DNA of 64,000 nt, taken from NCBI RefSeq assembly GCF_018977255.1, contig NW_024704742.1:12588001-12652000 (forward strand), written 5' to 3'. Made by a program: the position numbers and the translations under genes. This document shows, piece by piece, positions 25,201-35,855 of this stretch. Position 1 is the stretch's first letter; every line of letters begins with the position of its first letter. The DNA is from Callorhinchus milii (lineage: Eukaryota). The notes under the pieces are model-generated. The model had not been told where the DNA came from, did not search any database, and worked only from the letters and a program-made list of their open reading frames with translations.

Positions 25201-26143
25201 CTTTTCTTTTACAAATGAAGTTTCAACTATTCAGCTAATAAACCTGACTGGTTCTTTCCTCCACTGAAGTTAAAGTTCTGCTCTGCTGAGAGATGCAGTG
25301 ACACCGCAATACAGTGGAGATGTAAATTGCATCTGGTGATTTTATTATTTGCCCTAAGAGTGCATGTTGGGCTTCAAAATTGGATTTTAAAAAATGCACA
25401 AATAATAATAATCCTTGCATTTGATACAGCGCCTTTCACATCAGGTGGATGTCCCAAAGCGCTTCACAGGATATATTGTAAAATTGAGTGATTGTGGGTC
25501 TTTTAGGAGCAAACATGGCAGCCAATATTGTGCACAGCAATGTCCACAAAGAGCCACGGAGTGAATTATCAATTTTATTTGGGGGTTTATTGATCAGGAC
25601 AGTAGGAGAAACTCCCTTCTCTTTTTAATTTGTGCCATGGCCTCTTTGAGGTCCCTCTGAATAGGCAAACGCAGTCTTGGTTTAACTTCACCCAAAAGAC
25701 AGCACTCCCAACAGCACTCCATTGGAGCACTTCACTGGATGGTCATCTAAACTATATGAATTCCAAGTCCAGTGTAGAGCTTAAACCCACAAGCTTCAGA
25801 CACAGGGGTGTGAATGCTACCAACTGAGTCAGCTTGACACACAAAAAGGATAACATGTGACCCAGAATAAAAAATCTTTACAAACCTGCCGAAATGTATT
25901 TTACATTATAAATGCTCCTGACTGTTCCCTTTCACTGTCTTCTAGCTGTATATGGCAGCAATCAATCTAACAACAAATGAACGCATGAACCAGGAGAAGT
26001 ACAGTTACCTTCATGATGAGAATGCACAGTTTCGAAATCCATTTAACAGGGGGGTTAAACTGAACCTGCTGGAGTTCTTTCACCTCATCGAGCCACAGAA
26101 GGAGGACAAAGTAATGACCCTGGAGGAACTGTGCATCATCTGA
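1126..26143 (+). CDS. Ankyrin-repeat DHHC-family protein S-acyltransferase with DHYC motif (Patsas/Akr1-like), complete 10-exon gene, 519 aa
   Basis: join(1126..1214,2013..2419,5655..5725,10171..10233,13794..13936,16743..16839,17893..18045,23194..23366,24267..24432,25946..26143) = 1560 nt. All introns are GT-AG with matching phases. The protein has about 6 ankyrin repeats, about 4 hydrophobic segments, DPG, a Cys-rich domain with DHYC, TTNE (TTxE) and a PaCCT-like [15 protein letters not shown]. Confidence 0.9.
2013..2419 (+). CDS. ANK-DHYC acyltransferase exon 2 (four ankyrin repeats)
   Basis: Acceptor cttttccggcag|, donor CATG|GTGAGT. Encodes [30 protein letters not shown] and [10 protein letters not shown]. 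Confidence 0.93.
3430..3930 (-). mobile_element. L2 LINE 3' fragment (degenerate)
   Basis: Minus-strand ORF 3265..3897 contains [43 protein letters not shown] and LKTLLF, typical of the L2 ORF2 C-terminus. Confidence 0.85.
5655..5725 (+). CDS. ANK-DHYC acyltransferase exon 3 ([24 protein letters not shown])
   Basis: Pyrimidine tract plus ctag| acceptor, CAG|GTTAG donor. Completes an ankyrin repeat in the correct phase. Confidence 0.88.
6410..7560 (+). mobile_element. L2 LINE fragment with RT domain (frameshifted)
   Basis: [44 protein letters not shown] and [11 protein letters not shown] across frames. Confidence 0.9.
8945..9835 (-). mobile_element. Composite L2 LINE 3' fragments
   Basis: [41 protein letters not shown]; (TTG)n-type tail read on minus near 8945. 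Confidence 0.8.
10171..10233 (+). CDS. ANK-DHYC acyltransferase exon 4 ([21 protein letters not shown])
   Basis: tttacag| acceptor, CAG|GTAAGG donor, ankyrin PLHLA motif. Confidence 0.88.
10492..10818 (-). repeat. Unclassified interspersed repeat, copy 1 (hairpin-bearing family)
   Basis: Aligns by eye with 41680..41995, 56872..57172 and, inverted, 30600..30745 (e.g. cccacctacacatggaaat, ccaaggcttgg.gaccccagagtgtg). Confidence 0.8.
11873..12170 (+). mobile_element. tRNA-derived SINE family A, long subfamily (5'-truncated)
   Basis: ggcaagtttccttactccacac-acctctgtttacctagcag segment, shared 3' body tgtgggacactgctgtgcgcaattg...tatcaaatgcaagga and (TTA)n tail. Confidence 0.8.
13794..13936 (+). 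CDS. ANK-DHYC acyltransferase exon 5 ([33 protein letters not shown]...FDW)
   Basis: ttcatcttccag| acceptor, AG|GTAAAG donor, last ankyrin repeat. Confidence 0.88.
15265..15420 (+). mobile_element. Possible LF-SINE-like relic
   Basis: ggtctcagcccaattcctag (15390..15409) resembles the recalled LF-SINE segment GGTCTCAGTCCAGTTCCTAG. The rest is heavily diverged. Confidence 0.3.
16231..16588. mobile_element. Tigger/pogo-like MITE (Tc1/mariner superfamily)
   Basis: Left end TA|CAGTCAAACTCTGATAACTCGTC; right end GATGAGTTATCAGAGTTTCACT(aat)CTG|TA. About 23 bp imperfect TIRs starting CAGT, flanked by TA. Confidence 0.75.
16743..16839 (+). CDS. ANK-DHYC acyltransferase exon 6 (TM1; [32 protein letters not shown])
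   Basis: ttgcag| acceptor, AGG|GTAAGT donor, phase 2 in and phase 0 out. Confidence 0.87.
17290..17730 (+). mobile_element. DeuSINE-like family B (SacSINE1/AmnSINE1-like), near full length
   Basis: tRNA-like head ctcagttggtagcactctcgcctc..gagtcagaaggttg, central ttaaaccaagg...ctgcctgttcaggtggat...gatcccatggcact, (TTA)n tail. Further copies near 12764-13110, 13320-13575, 49340-49670 and 60030-60280. Confidence 0.8.
17893..18045 (+). CDS. ANK-DHYC acyltransferase exon 7 (TM2 and DPG motif)
   Basis: tacag| acceptor, CAG|GTATC donor. Encodes [51 protein letters not shown]. Confidence 0.88.
18720..19460 (-). mobile_element. DeuSINE-like family B interrupted by an L2 3' fragment (about 19010..19395)
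   Basis: SINE head at 19460-19395 and body at 18991-18720 on minus. The L2 segment ([24 protein letters not shown]) lies between them. Confidence 0.75.
23194..23366 (+). CDS. ANK-DHYC acyltransferase exon 8 (cysteine-rich catalytic domain, DHYC at 23320..23331)
   Basis: tttttcag| acceptor, CG|GTATGG donor. Encodes [41 protein letters not shown]. Confidence 0.93.
24267..24432 (+). CDS. ANK-DHYC acyltransferase exon 9 (TM3 and TM4)
   Basis: ttttgtag| acceptor, TGT|GTATGT donor. Two hydrophobic segments follow the Cys-rich domain, as in DHHC enzymes. Confidence 0.85.
24752..25073 (-). mobile_element. tRNA-derived SINE family A, short young subfamily, full length
   Basis: On minus: gtggagtcctgtagctcagtggttagagcactcgc head with A/B-box-like motifs through to an (TTA)n tail. 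Closely matches 52874..53189. Confidence 0.9.
25402..25840 (-). mobile_element. DeuSINE-like family B
   Basis: Reverse complement of head (gctaccaactgagtcagc) and of the shared 3' body and (TTA)n tail. Confidence 0.75.
25946..26143 (+). CDS. ANK-DHYC acyltransferase exon 10 (TTxE and PaCCT-like motifs, stop)
   Basis: tcttctag| acceptor. Encodes [15 protein letters not shown]...[15 protein letters not shown]...ELCII*. Confidence 0.9.
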   Translation: MYMAAINLTTNERMNQEKYSYLHDENAQFRNPFNRGVKLNLLEFFHLIEPQKEDKVMTLEELCII

Positions 26144-27259
26144 ATAGCACTGGGGAGACTTGGTCAAACATATCGGGCATCATACAGCATATGAAGGATG
26201 GAAGCACAAACCTGTAAACTAACACCAAATTTGCTGGTAACTAACACCATATCAGAACAGCAATTCCAACAATGGCAACAATGATAACTGCTTATAAGGA
26301 GCAAATTGGTTTAAATGTTAAAGTTATGGATTTTCCCAAGGATACAAGTAGGTGATTCAATTCAATGTCACTTAATCTTCTAATAAGGTACTAACTGAAC
26401 CATTGCACATGCAGATTTCACTCCTCAAACAGAAGTAAGACAAAACAGCTGAAACTTTAAACTGAGATCCCACCTGTTCAGGTGAGATTTACAATCCCAT
26501 TGCATTATTTCAAAGCAAAGCAGGGATTTCTCCTTATGTCCCAGTCATCCTTCAACCAACCTTGGAGTGTTGCAAATGTTGGCTTGTGAGTTATGTATTA
26601 TCACGCCCATGTTGTAATACCATGAAATAATTTGTGTTTATATTCACACTATATACTTCAAGTTTCATATAAAAACAAGTTTGGGGTACAGGGTGTTGCT
26701 ATTTTATATCTGAACCTATGGTATGATGAAGCACATTAAAACAAGGCTGGACTACACTTGTAACTCGTGGCACAAATGGGCCAATTGACCACTTTCGGTG
26801 CCGAAAAACAGGGGCAGAGACTCAAAACGTCTTGCGGTCTTTGTCTTTAACACGACGGGTCGAATGGCATTCTTCTGTGCTGTAGATTTCTAACATCATT
26901 ATCTGACCATTGTTTGTAAAATTCCTAAATTCAGTCTTAATTTGCTAGGATTTTTTCCACACCTGATAACTTAAGACTGAATTTAATTTTTTTCAAAAAT
27001 TCTTAAGGTTCTCAAGGCTATGACCATGAGGAATATCAGACATCAGGAAAATTACTGTAGCAGGTTAGTGAGACACGAATAAACTCCTGGGTCCCTCCTG
27101 ATGCCTGGTTTTTGTGGCACTAACAAGCCATTAATTTTTGCTATCTTGTTAAATGTTCCTGTAATTTCCTCTTCCTGGATCAGTCACTTTGAAATGTTCA
27201 CAAGATCACAATAAAGGTTTGGATGAAGAAGGTCATTCAGCCCTTTTATTAAATAGACT

Positions 27260-28010
27260 GTTGCAGTATAGAAACTGGCCTTTCAGCCTAACTAGTCTGT
27301 GACGGTTTATACTCCATTCAAGCCCACACCCCTCCCAATCCCATCTTCTATACCCCTCTATTTCCTTCTCCATCACCTATACATCAAGTTTCCTCTTAAA
27401 TATATTGATGCTTTCTGCTTCAACCACAGTTCCACATTCTCTGTAACGTAAAGAAAAGTCTCTGTTAGTGGCTCTCTTATATTTCTGCCCCTATATTACT
27501 GACACAAAGTGGAAACAATGTATTAATGTTCACCTTATCAAATTCTTTCTTAATTCAAAATTTCTCAACCAAGCTTCCTCTAAATAATTTCTTCTCCAGA
27601 AAGAAAATCTCCAGCCTGTCCAATTTTTTTTTAAGCTGTATCTGCTCATCCTTGGTAATTTCCTAGTAAATCGACACTGTTCTCTCTCCAGTGTACACTA
27701 TTCTTCCCATTGTATGCACACAATATTCCAATATGGTCTGCCCAAGGTTTTATATAAATGTAATATTACTTCCCTACTTTGAATACTTCTTCTTTTAATG
27801 CTTCTTCTGGACTTAAAGCCATGGACTCTATTTTCTTTCTTTATGGCCTTGCCCACTCTTGTTGCTGTTTGTAAGAGTCTTGTGAACCTGAATCCCTAGA
27901 TCCATTTGCTTCTCTACCCCTTTTAGGTTCTTACTCTCCAGAATGCAATAGGCTTCTTTAATCTTCTCACCAAAGTGAATCCCTTCATATTTCTTTGTTT
28001 CAAACTACTT
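27260..28010 (-). mobile_element. Degenerate CR1 LINE 3' fragment downstream of the gene-1 stop (probable 3' UTR)
   Basis: Colinear similarity to the CR1 copy at 34125..34765 (cttggtaatttcctagtaaatc, atattccaatatggtct, aaggttttatataa). Confidence 0.6.
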
Positions 28011-30599
28011 CTGCACCTTTCAACCCATCATTGATCTCCTCCTCCCATCACAGCACTGTTTATTTTTAAATGAAGCCACGTTTCCTGGAAACCTGTACAA
28101 GTCATTAATTACTCGCTGGGTAAAGAAACACTTTCTTTACTTTCTGTGCTGAAGTTCCCCTTTGCAACTGCAAATCTGCATCCCCTTGTTCTGCCATCTC
28201 GGTGCATCTGAAAGTATTCTTCTGTTTACTTTCTCAATCCCATTTAAAATATTAATAAATCAGAACTGATTACAGTGCATCCCCATTATAGTGCACCTCA
28301 CTAAACTCAGGCTCAGATATAGGGACCAACATAGTGTACACATGATATACTATTGGCTTCTGACAACCTCAGAAACATTTGCAATTGTAGATGACTAGTC
28401 AGCTTCCTGTGCATGATGTGCAGGAGCAGCAGGCTTGGTGATATCAATTGTTATGTCTGAAATAAGTACAAGTTGCCATGCTGTCATGCACCCTAACTAT
28501 AACACAGACTCATTTTAAGGGCCTACATTTCCACATTATATACGGAGCTGCACTGTATAATTTCAGCTTGTCAAACTTGTAACCAGAACGCACAACCTGT
28601 GTCACTTTTGTCTAAAATGATATCCACACAAAAGAGATGGACACTATACGGGATTGAATAAACAGCATATAATGCTAGCACATTAACACCGAAGCATGAA
28701 ATGAATCAACTGTTTTTGCATTGCTCTCTAATCTATAATTTAGGCTTCTTATTAGCTGTATCTTCATCATTTTACAGTACTGTACTAATATAATGTTAGC
28801 AAAATATCAGCAAAAATAATTTCAAATTTCTATCAGAGAGACCTCACAATGTTCAAAACAGCTTCCACTCATTTTTTATGTGTTTAAAAAAAAGGGTAGA
28901 TTGTCAAAAAAAATTATTGTTTCCAGTTGAAAAAGTAACACAAGTGTATTGAATATGATGTGGAGGACAGTGTGATGTGATTACTTGTAAAACTACTGCA
29001 CCCTATATGTGAATTATTAAGTTGTCCTCTTAGCCCCACTTTTCACCCACAAAATATAAAATTCATTTTACAATATATTCTGTGAAGTACTTTGAGACAT
29101 CTCAAAGACCTGATAAGGCGCTATATCAAAAATGCAAAGATTATTATTATTATTGTACAAATATCCACCATACCTCACTGCTAACAATGGCATATATACT
29201 GTATATGTTGAACACTATGTATAAATTGGTTTAATAAGCAAATGTCCAACTTATCAAATCACTATTTTGCCTTAATATCTCACTGAAGCATGATTAAGTT
29301 TGTCTGATGCTTTCATGTATAAAATGACCTTAACTCTTCAAAGAAACTATGCACAAAAATGTTCATTCACAAAATGTACACACACCTGTTTTTAATGTAT
29401 TCAGAAAAATATCAAAGTTTACATTGAGCAATTCCTTTCATGTTCAATTTGACTGACCTTTTGGCATCTGGCTATAATGTGTTAATAAAATCAAACCATT
29501 ATAGATTTGACCAGTAGAAAATGAGCATCAAAGTTCATAAATTTGCTGACAAAGAATCTCGCCCCTTGGGGGGTTGTTCTTTGCACAACAATGCAAACAG
29601 CTCCTTCCTCCATTTAACCTCCCATTCCCCCCACCCAAGGCCCACTTTCGGGCCAGATGATGCTAAAAATGAAAGAAAACTATTCCTGTAGATACTGATC
29701 GATACAGTATATATGATTTTGAAAGCACCTGAGTATAATAAGCAGCTAGAAGGACAACTTAATGACCTCCTTGCTTGCTGTCTCAGAAACAAAACTTTGA
29801 GGCCAGAAAGACTTGAGAAAAGAATATCAGGAAATTTGACATTGGGGAAAACAGTTATCTTTGAATTAACTATTTAAATGGTAGCCTTGTTGGAAGACTT
29901 CTTGCTTCCGTCGCACGTCCCCCGATGTGAAAGGCGCTATACAAATGTAATTTTGTTGTTGTTGCACCCAATGAACAATTTGATATTTTATTAACACCTG
30001 ATGCTGATTTAACAGCAGAGGGCACCAGTCAGCTGTTACGCTGCAGATATACTGGTTGAATTTTCGGCTAAATCCTCCTGCATTTTTGTTTGCATTTGCC
30101 CAGAATTAAATTTGCACAGAATGTTATTTCGGATATAAAAGCTAATAAGATTCAACACAATACAATGCATGTGTTTTGCACAGGAAAGCGAGCACTTCAA
30201 GCAAAAAATTACATTTTAAATATGCATTCTGTCTTCATGTGAACTATGCACAGCAGAGATGCAATTAAAAAGGAAACTAATTTGTTCATTTAAGTACAGG
30301 GCTAATTTGAATACTATGTAGAATTGTGTAACTATTATTGAGAGCTTGCTTGTCTTCCCTGTAACTATTAATATAATAAATATTGTTACAAGGAATGATG
30401 CAGACATTTTGAATAATACAAATCACCAAACACCAACCAAGTGTGAATCTGTGTTTCTCATTTAATTCTCAAAGCTCTTGGCACAGCACTGTTACTTGCT
30501 ACACTTAAGGAAAGGTGAGTTTTATTAGTTTGTGAACATTTCATTGTGTGAAATAAAGTACTGATTTCCAAAATTAAGTAACCAGAGTGCATCCCACCA

Positions 30600-30745
30600 G
30601 ACAGGAAGAGAGAGAGAGTGCTCACTGCATTCCATACACAGGGAAATATCCATGCAAAGATGGCATGGGTATGTTGAACTCAGTCTGATTTGTATACTCT
30701 TAGGCACGGTGATGGGTTTCAGCATGTGTCAGATGTTTGGCTGAC
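30600..30745 (+). repeat. Unclassified hairpin-bearing repeat, partial inverted copy
   Basis: gtgatgggtttcagcatgtgtcagatgtttggctgac is the reverse complement of the left end of 41680..41995. Confidence 0.7.
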
Positions 30746-31329
30746 GAAACAGACACAGCTAAGATAAAATAGAGTGGGGCATTATTCAATTTCCATCAAT
30801 TTATTAACAATATTAATATATATTAATAATATATGAATATTAACTTTACATTTACACCTTTCATGTCAGGAGGATATCCCAAGGCTCTTAACAATCCTGG
30901 CTTCGTACCCGGGGGTGGAAACTGAGGGGGTGGGGAGGGAAAATATGACCCAAAGTGTGGTCAAAGAGGTGGGTCTTTAGACGGGCCTTGAACAAGTGGG
31001 GTGAGGGAGCAAATTGTTTTGTGTTCTTCTACTTAAGGAGGACATTGTATTTGATGATCGAAAATATTACATAAATATCATATATAATAAAAGAATGTAA
31101 AACTATGAATCAATTAAAACAAAAATGTAAACAGTAATGTGATGCTATACACAGTTTAGAGGGAAGCATTTATCTTGGCCAGACAATACAAAGGCCATGC
31201 TACTGATCTATAATTCTCACAAAGGTATAAGGAGGTTCTGGGGCAGGTTCACTGGCATCGTTTTACTTTCTGTACATGATCATATGAATTTGTGAGAGCA
31301 AACTTTCAGCCACTGAGGAGGGTGTCTTG

Positions 31330-31750
31330 GATCAGCCTAGCATAGTGGTAGTGGTAGCACTCTCGTCTCTGAGTCAGAAGGTTGTGGGCTAACACTTGGA
31401 ATCACATATTCTAAGTTGACACTTCAGTACAGTGTGTTGCATTGTCAAAGTTGCCATCCTTTAGATGAGATGTTAAACTGAGGTCTTATCTGCCTGTTCA
31501 AGCGGATGTTAAAGATCCCATGGCACTATTCAAAAAGAGAAGGGAGTTTCTCCCGAGTCCTGGTCAACAATTCCTCAAATAAAATTGGTCACTCACACCA
31601 TGGTTATCTGTGAGACATTGCTGTGTTCAACTGGCTGCTGCATTTCGCTTGCAAAATACACAGTCAATCCAGTTTGTAGTATAGCCTGTGAAGCACTCTG
31701 AGACGTCTTGATGACATGATAAGGTCCTATCTCAAATGCAAGCATTATTA
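31330..31750 (+). mobile_element. DeuSINE-like family B
   Basis: ggtagcactctcgtctctgagtcagaaggttgtggg head, gttaaagatcccatggcactatt body, tcaaatgcaagcattatta tail. Confidence 0.8.
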
Positions 31751-32313
31751 TGAATAATACATCAAATGGTAAACGGTTGCAAAGAAATAGTTGGGCTTGA
31801 GGACCTGTAGGGAAGCTACTTGGTGAGTGGGAGGGACTGACAACACCCACCTGCTCTGTGGAAGAGGTGGGGCTGCACAGAACGAGCGCTTCCCTCGCCA
31901 GAGCTTTGCAGCATTTCCCAGGATAAGAGACTTGTTGTATCCCAGACTTCAAAGGAACTGGTGGCTGAAGGCAGCTGTGGCCTGGATAATTGGCGGGTCA
32001 ACTCTAATCTCCTTCAGACAAGAGAAACTGCTTTTATTCGCTTGAACGAATGAAACTGTAAAAAATAAAATGCTGCTGCGGGGATGGAAGGTTATTCTGT
32101 CCCTCTGCTGAAACAAGCTGTGAGACCTCATCAGAATAGTTTAGTTGCGAGACGGTCTGGACCCGAGGTGACAGGAGGATTTCCCAGCAATGTGGGTAAT
32201 AATGGCTAATTGAGCAGTGAATGGGTGAGGATTGCTACACAACCAGTGCTGGAAAAGTAAGCGTTTGATCAATAATGTGATCTGAAGGGAATCATGTTCA
32301 ATGTTGGCAAACA

Positions 32314-32826
32314 GAGCCTGGCAAGGCCAGGCAGGGGGCGGAGCCTGGCAAGGCCAGGCAGGGGGCGGAGCCTGGCAAGGCCAGGCAGGGGGAGCCTGGC
32401 AGGGGGGGGAGCCTGGCAAGGCCGGGCAGGGGGAGCCTGGCAAGGCTGGGTAGGGGGAGCCTGGCAAGGCCGGGCAGGGGGAGGAGCCTGGTAAGGCAGG
32501 GGGAGGAGCCTGGCAAGGCCGGGCAGGGGGGGGAGCCTGGCAAGGCCAGGCAGGGGGAGCCTGGCAAGGCAGGGGGGAGCCTGGCAAGGCCGGGCAGGGG
32601 GAGCCTGGCAAGGCCGGGCAGGGGAGCCTGGCAAGGCCGGGCAGGGGGAGCCTGGCAAGGCCGGGCAGGGGGAGCCTGGCAAGGCCGGGCAGGGGGAGCC
32701 TGGCAAGGCCGGGCAGGGGGAGCCTGGCAAGGCCGGGCAGGGGGAGCCTGGCAAGGCCGGGCAGGGGGAGCCTGGCAAGGCCGGGCAGGGGGAGCCTGGC
32801 AAGGCCGGGCAGGGGGAGGAGCCTGG
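32314..32826. repeat. G-rich minisatellite, 24-bp unit GCAGGGGGAGCCTGGCAAGGCCGG, about 20 copies
   Basis: Direct tandem array. The 8-aa periodic ORFs (LPLPGLAR, ARPCQAPP) are its translation. Confidence 0.95.
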
Positions 32827-33153
32827 AGGAGCTGGACTCTGTGCAGAGTATCCTCATTCACAGGTTAGTTCACAGTACTGTCCATGCACGGGATGAAGGA
32901 ATGAATGGTCAGTGAAAGGACTGGTGTTGGGCAATGGGACCTTTTTAAAAAAAGTCAGTCGGTCGCCCCCCACTGCCTTCCCAAATCTATGTCATTTTGC
33001 AGAAAACATTACCATGTGAGTTAAGCAATGTATTCACCTGTAAAGAGTCACTTCACTTCAAAGAAACTCCGTGAAGCACTTTGAGACGATCTGGAATGGA
33101 ACAATATAGTTGTTTGCTGGTCAGCTGGAGTGCCCTCAAAGCCTATGTATCTC

Positions 33154-33520
33154 GTTAGTTAGCTCGGTAGTTGGCTGGTTGGTTAGCAGTTAGTTGGCTG
33201 GTTGGTTAGCAGTTAGTTGGCTGGTTGGTTAGCAGTTAGTTGGCTGGTTGGTTAGCTAGTTAGTTGGCTGGTTAGTTAGCAGTTAGTTGGCTGGTTGGTT
33301 AGCTAGTTAGTTGGCTGGTTAGTTAGCAGTTAGTTGGCTGGTTGGTTAGCTAGTTAGTTGGCTGGTTAGTTAGCTAGTTAGTTGGCTGGTTAGTTAGCAG
33401 TTAGTGGGCTGGTTGGTTAGCTAGTTAGTTGGCTGGTTGGTTAGCAGTTAGTTGGCTTTTTGGTTAGCTAGTTAGTTGGCTGGTTAGTTAGCTAGTTAGT
33501 TGGCTGGTTAGTTGGTTGTT
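33154..33520. repeat. Minisatellite, 23-24-bp unit AGTTAGTTGGCTGGTTRGTTAGC(T)
   Basis: About 15 tandem copies visible directly. Confidence 0.93.
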
Positions 33521-34124
33521 TATAGTTTCTGATGTTATTCAGAAAAGTGCTTGGCAGGTGTGATTTGTTTAAGCTGTTAAATGCTCTGAGACGCAATCAT
33601 GCGCCGAGGGCACTATATAAGTGTAAGTTGTTGTTTGGGGGAAAGATCAGAGCAAATGTTGCATTTCTAAACCAATAGAGAACCAGAACTGGACTTTTAA
33701 CACTTCTGGCAGGAGAGCAGCTCTGTGTCATTTTTCTTATCTGGTTCCATCCGCAATAATGTATCAGTCAGTGCCCAGCCCAAAATACCCAGCTTTACAG
33801 CCAGTCCCTGGGCACTGGTTTAATATTTATTCAGTGGGTTGTGACTAGTATTCGTGTAATCAATGTGAATTACCCCATTTCCATGGTGGATTTCCACGGT
33901 GTCACAATGTCACAGTTCATGTTACATTGTGACACCGATCGTTACTTTGGCTGATGTTAACTGCAGAGCTGACTGGACCGACCCAGCTAACTACAGGAAA
34001 GGAGAGTGAGTGGGTGTCAGTGAATCTAGCCCAGGAAGGGGTTTAGATATATGACACCATAGAAGAGGATTTAGTGACCTGTCCTGGAATATATACCAGG
34101 ATTTAATAATCCTAATTTACAGTT

Positions 34125-34765
34125 CATAGAATTATACAGCACAGAAGGGGGCCATTCGGCCCATCGTGTCTTTGAAAAGAGCTGTCCAATTCAATCCCAC
34201 CTCCCCACTCTCTCTCCATAGCCTTGCAAACTTGTCCTCCCCAAATATTTATCTAGTTCTCTCTTAAAAGTTGTTATTGAATCGGCTTCCACCACCCTTT
34301 CAGGCAATGCATTCCAGATCCAAACATCACGCTGTGCAAAAAAAATTTCTCCTCTCCTCCCCTCTGTTTCTTTTAACAACTATTTTAAATCAGTGTCCTT
34401 GGGTTACCGACCCACCCGCTAGTGGAAATAATTTCCCCTTGTGCATCCTATTGAATCCCGTCAGAATTTTGAAAACTTCTATTAAGTCTTCTCTTAATCT
34501 TCTCTGCTCCAAGGAGAATAATCCTCGCTTCTCTAGCCTCTCCTGATAACTGAAGTCCCTCATGCCTGGTACCATCTTGGTAAATCCCCTTTGCATCCTC
34601 TCCAATGCCTTGACATCCTTCCTAAAGTGTGGTGCCCAGAATTGAACACAGTCTCTAGCTGAGGCCTAAATAGTATTTTATAAAGGTTCAACATAACTTC
34701 CCGACTTTTGTATTCTATGCCCCTATTTATCAAGCCTAGTATCCCGTATGCTTTTTTGACAGCGT
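34125..34765 (-). mobile_element. CR1 LINE 3' fragment
   Basis: ERMQRGFTKMVPGMRDFSYQERLEKRGLFSLEQRRLREDLIEVFKIL and WNALPERVVEADSITTFKRELDKYL are CR1 ORF2 C-terminal motifs. Confidence 0.9.
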
Positions 34766-35529
34766 TAACCCTAACCCTATACCCAGGTCCAGTTAATAAG
34801 ATTACTCAACGATACCGCAGGATGGCTAAACCAGGAATGTAAAATAAATATTGTTACAAAGTGTAAATCAAAGTTTAGGAAATACAGTACCTGGTGAATT
34901 AAATGCTTTCCTATAGTCTAAAACCACCCATTTATATTACAGTAATGGGCCAAGCCTAATGCCATTATGTGTAAGGTTTGAATTTGGGAAATATGTGTTA
35001 AATGCAGTGAGAACTGACTCCCCAATATTCTAACTGCTACGTGCTTCTTTCCTTTGTTCATTCACTTTTTACAATTCAATTTTTTCTTATTAAGATAGGA
35101 TTCCAGTGTTTTCAGTTTCCTTCTTGCTTAAGTACACCAATCACTGGGTCCCCTAAATCTTCTCCGATTGACCTAGCTCATCTCATTTCAATGTTATGGA
35201 ATGGTAGGAAGGATTAGAGGCAGTATACTATATATTGTTTTTATACAATAAAATACAGTATATACATTACATATATATCTAGTTGTACAGAATATTATTT
35301 CTACAAAACGACAATAATTTGACCTATTTTTGCTGTCAAAATGAGAGCTGAATTCAATGTGTTTTATTATTAATTACAGAGCATGAGGTGAGATGTTGAG
35401 TTTCTAAGTTGGGTACTTGCGGTTTTCAATGGACGAGTGGTTTGTTTATGTTGGCATTCGCTACTATCTCTGACTCTTATGTATAATATTTGTGTTGGAT
35501 GTGTCCTAGACCAGGTGTGTGTGTTCATT

Positions 35530-35855
35530 GAAACATAGAAGGTTGAAGGAAGTCTTTAAAATGTTGAGGTTGTTGCATAGGGGGAAACAATTTCCACTGC
35601 GCCATGATTCTGTAACTTGTGGACATCAATTTAAAATAGTTAGCAAGGGAAGAAAATGGGATTTTAGGAGTGTTTTTTTAAACGGATAATTATTAGAATG
35701 TGGAATGTCCTTCTGGGTGTGGTGTCGCATGCAGAGTCCAAATCAGTTTTCAAGAAGGAACAGATACTTATCTGAAGAGGAATAAACTGCAGGTGTATGT
35801 GGAAAGGCAGGTACATGGGTCAAATGGCCGCCTTCTGTGTCTTAAATTTCTATGG
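35530..35855 (+). mobile_element. Degenerate CR1 LINE 3' fragment
   Basis: Forward-orientation similarity to the 34125..34765 copy (agaatgtggaatg, aatggccgccttctgtg..tttctatg tail). Confidence 0.6.

Noticed and set aside
26126..26143. C-terminal LCII as a CaaX prenylation signal or a PDZ ligand for neighbouring INTU
   Set aside because: Cys is third from the end, not fourth, and nothing beyond adjacency links the two proteins.
29484..29489. AATAAA as the poly(A) signal of the acyltransferase gene
   Set aside because: Several AATAAA hexamers lie downstream of the stop in AT-rich DNA; cannot choose without 3'-end data.
32141..32861. Pro/Ala-rich periodic ORFs
   Set aside because: Artefact of the 24-bp minisatellite; open in all three minus frames.
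34766..34778. (TAACCC)2 telomeric repeat at a CR1 junction
   Set aside because: Only two units; compatible with chance.
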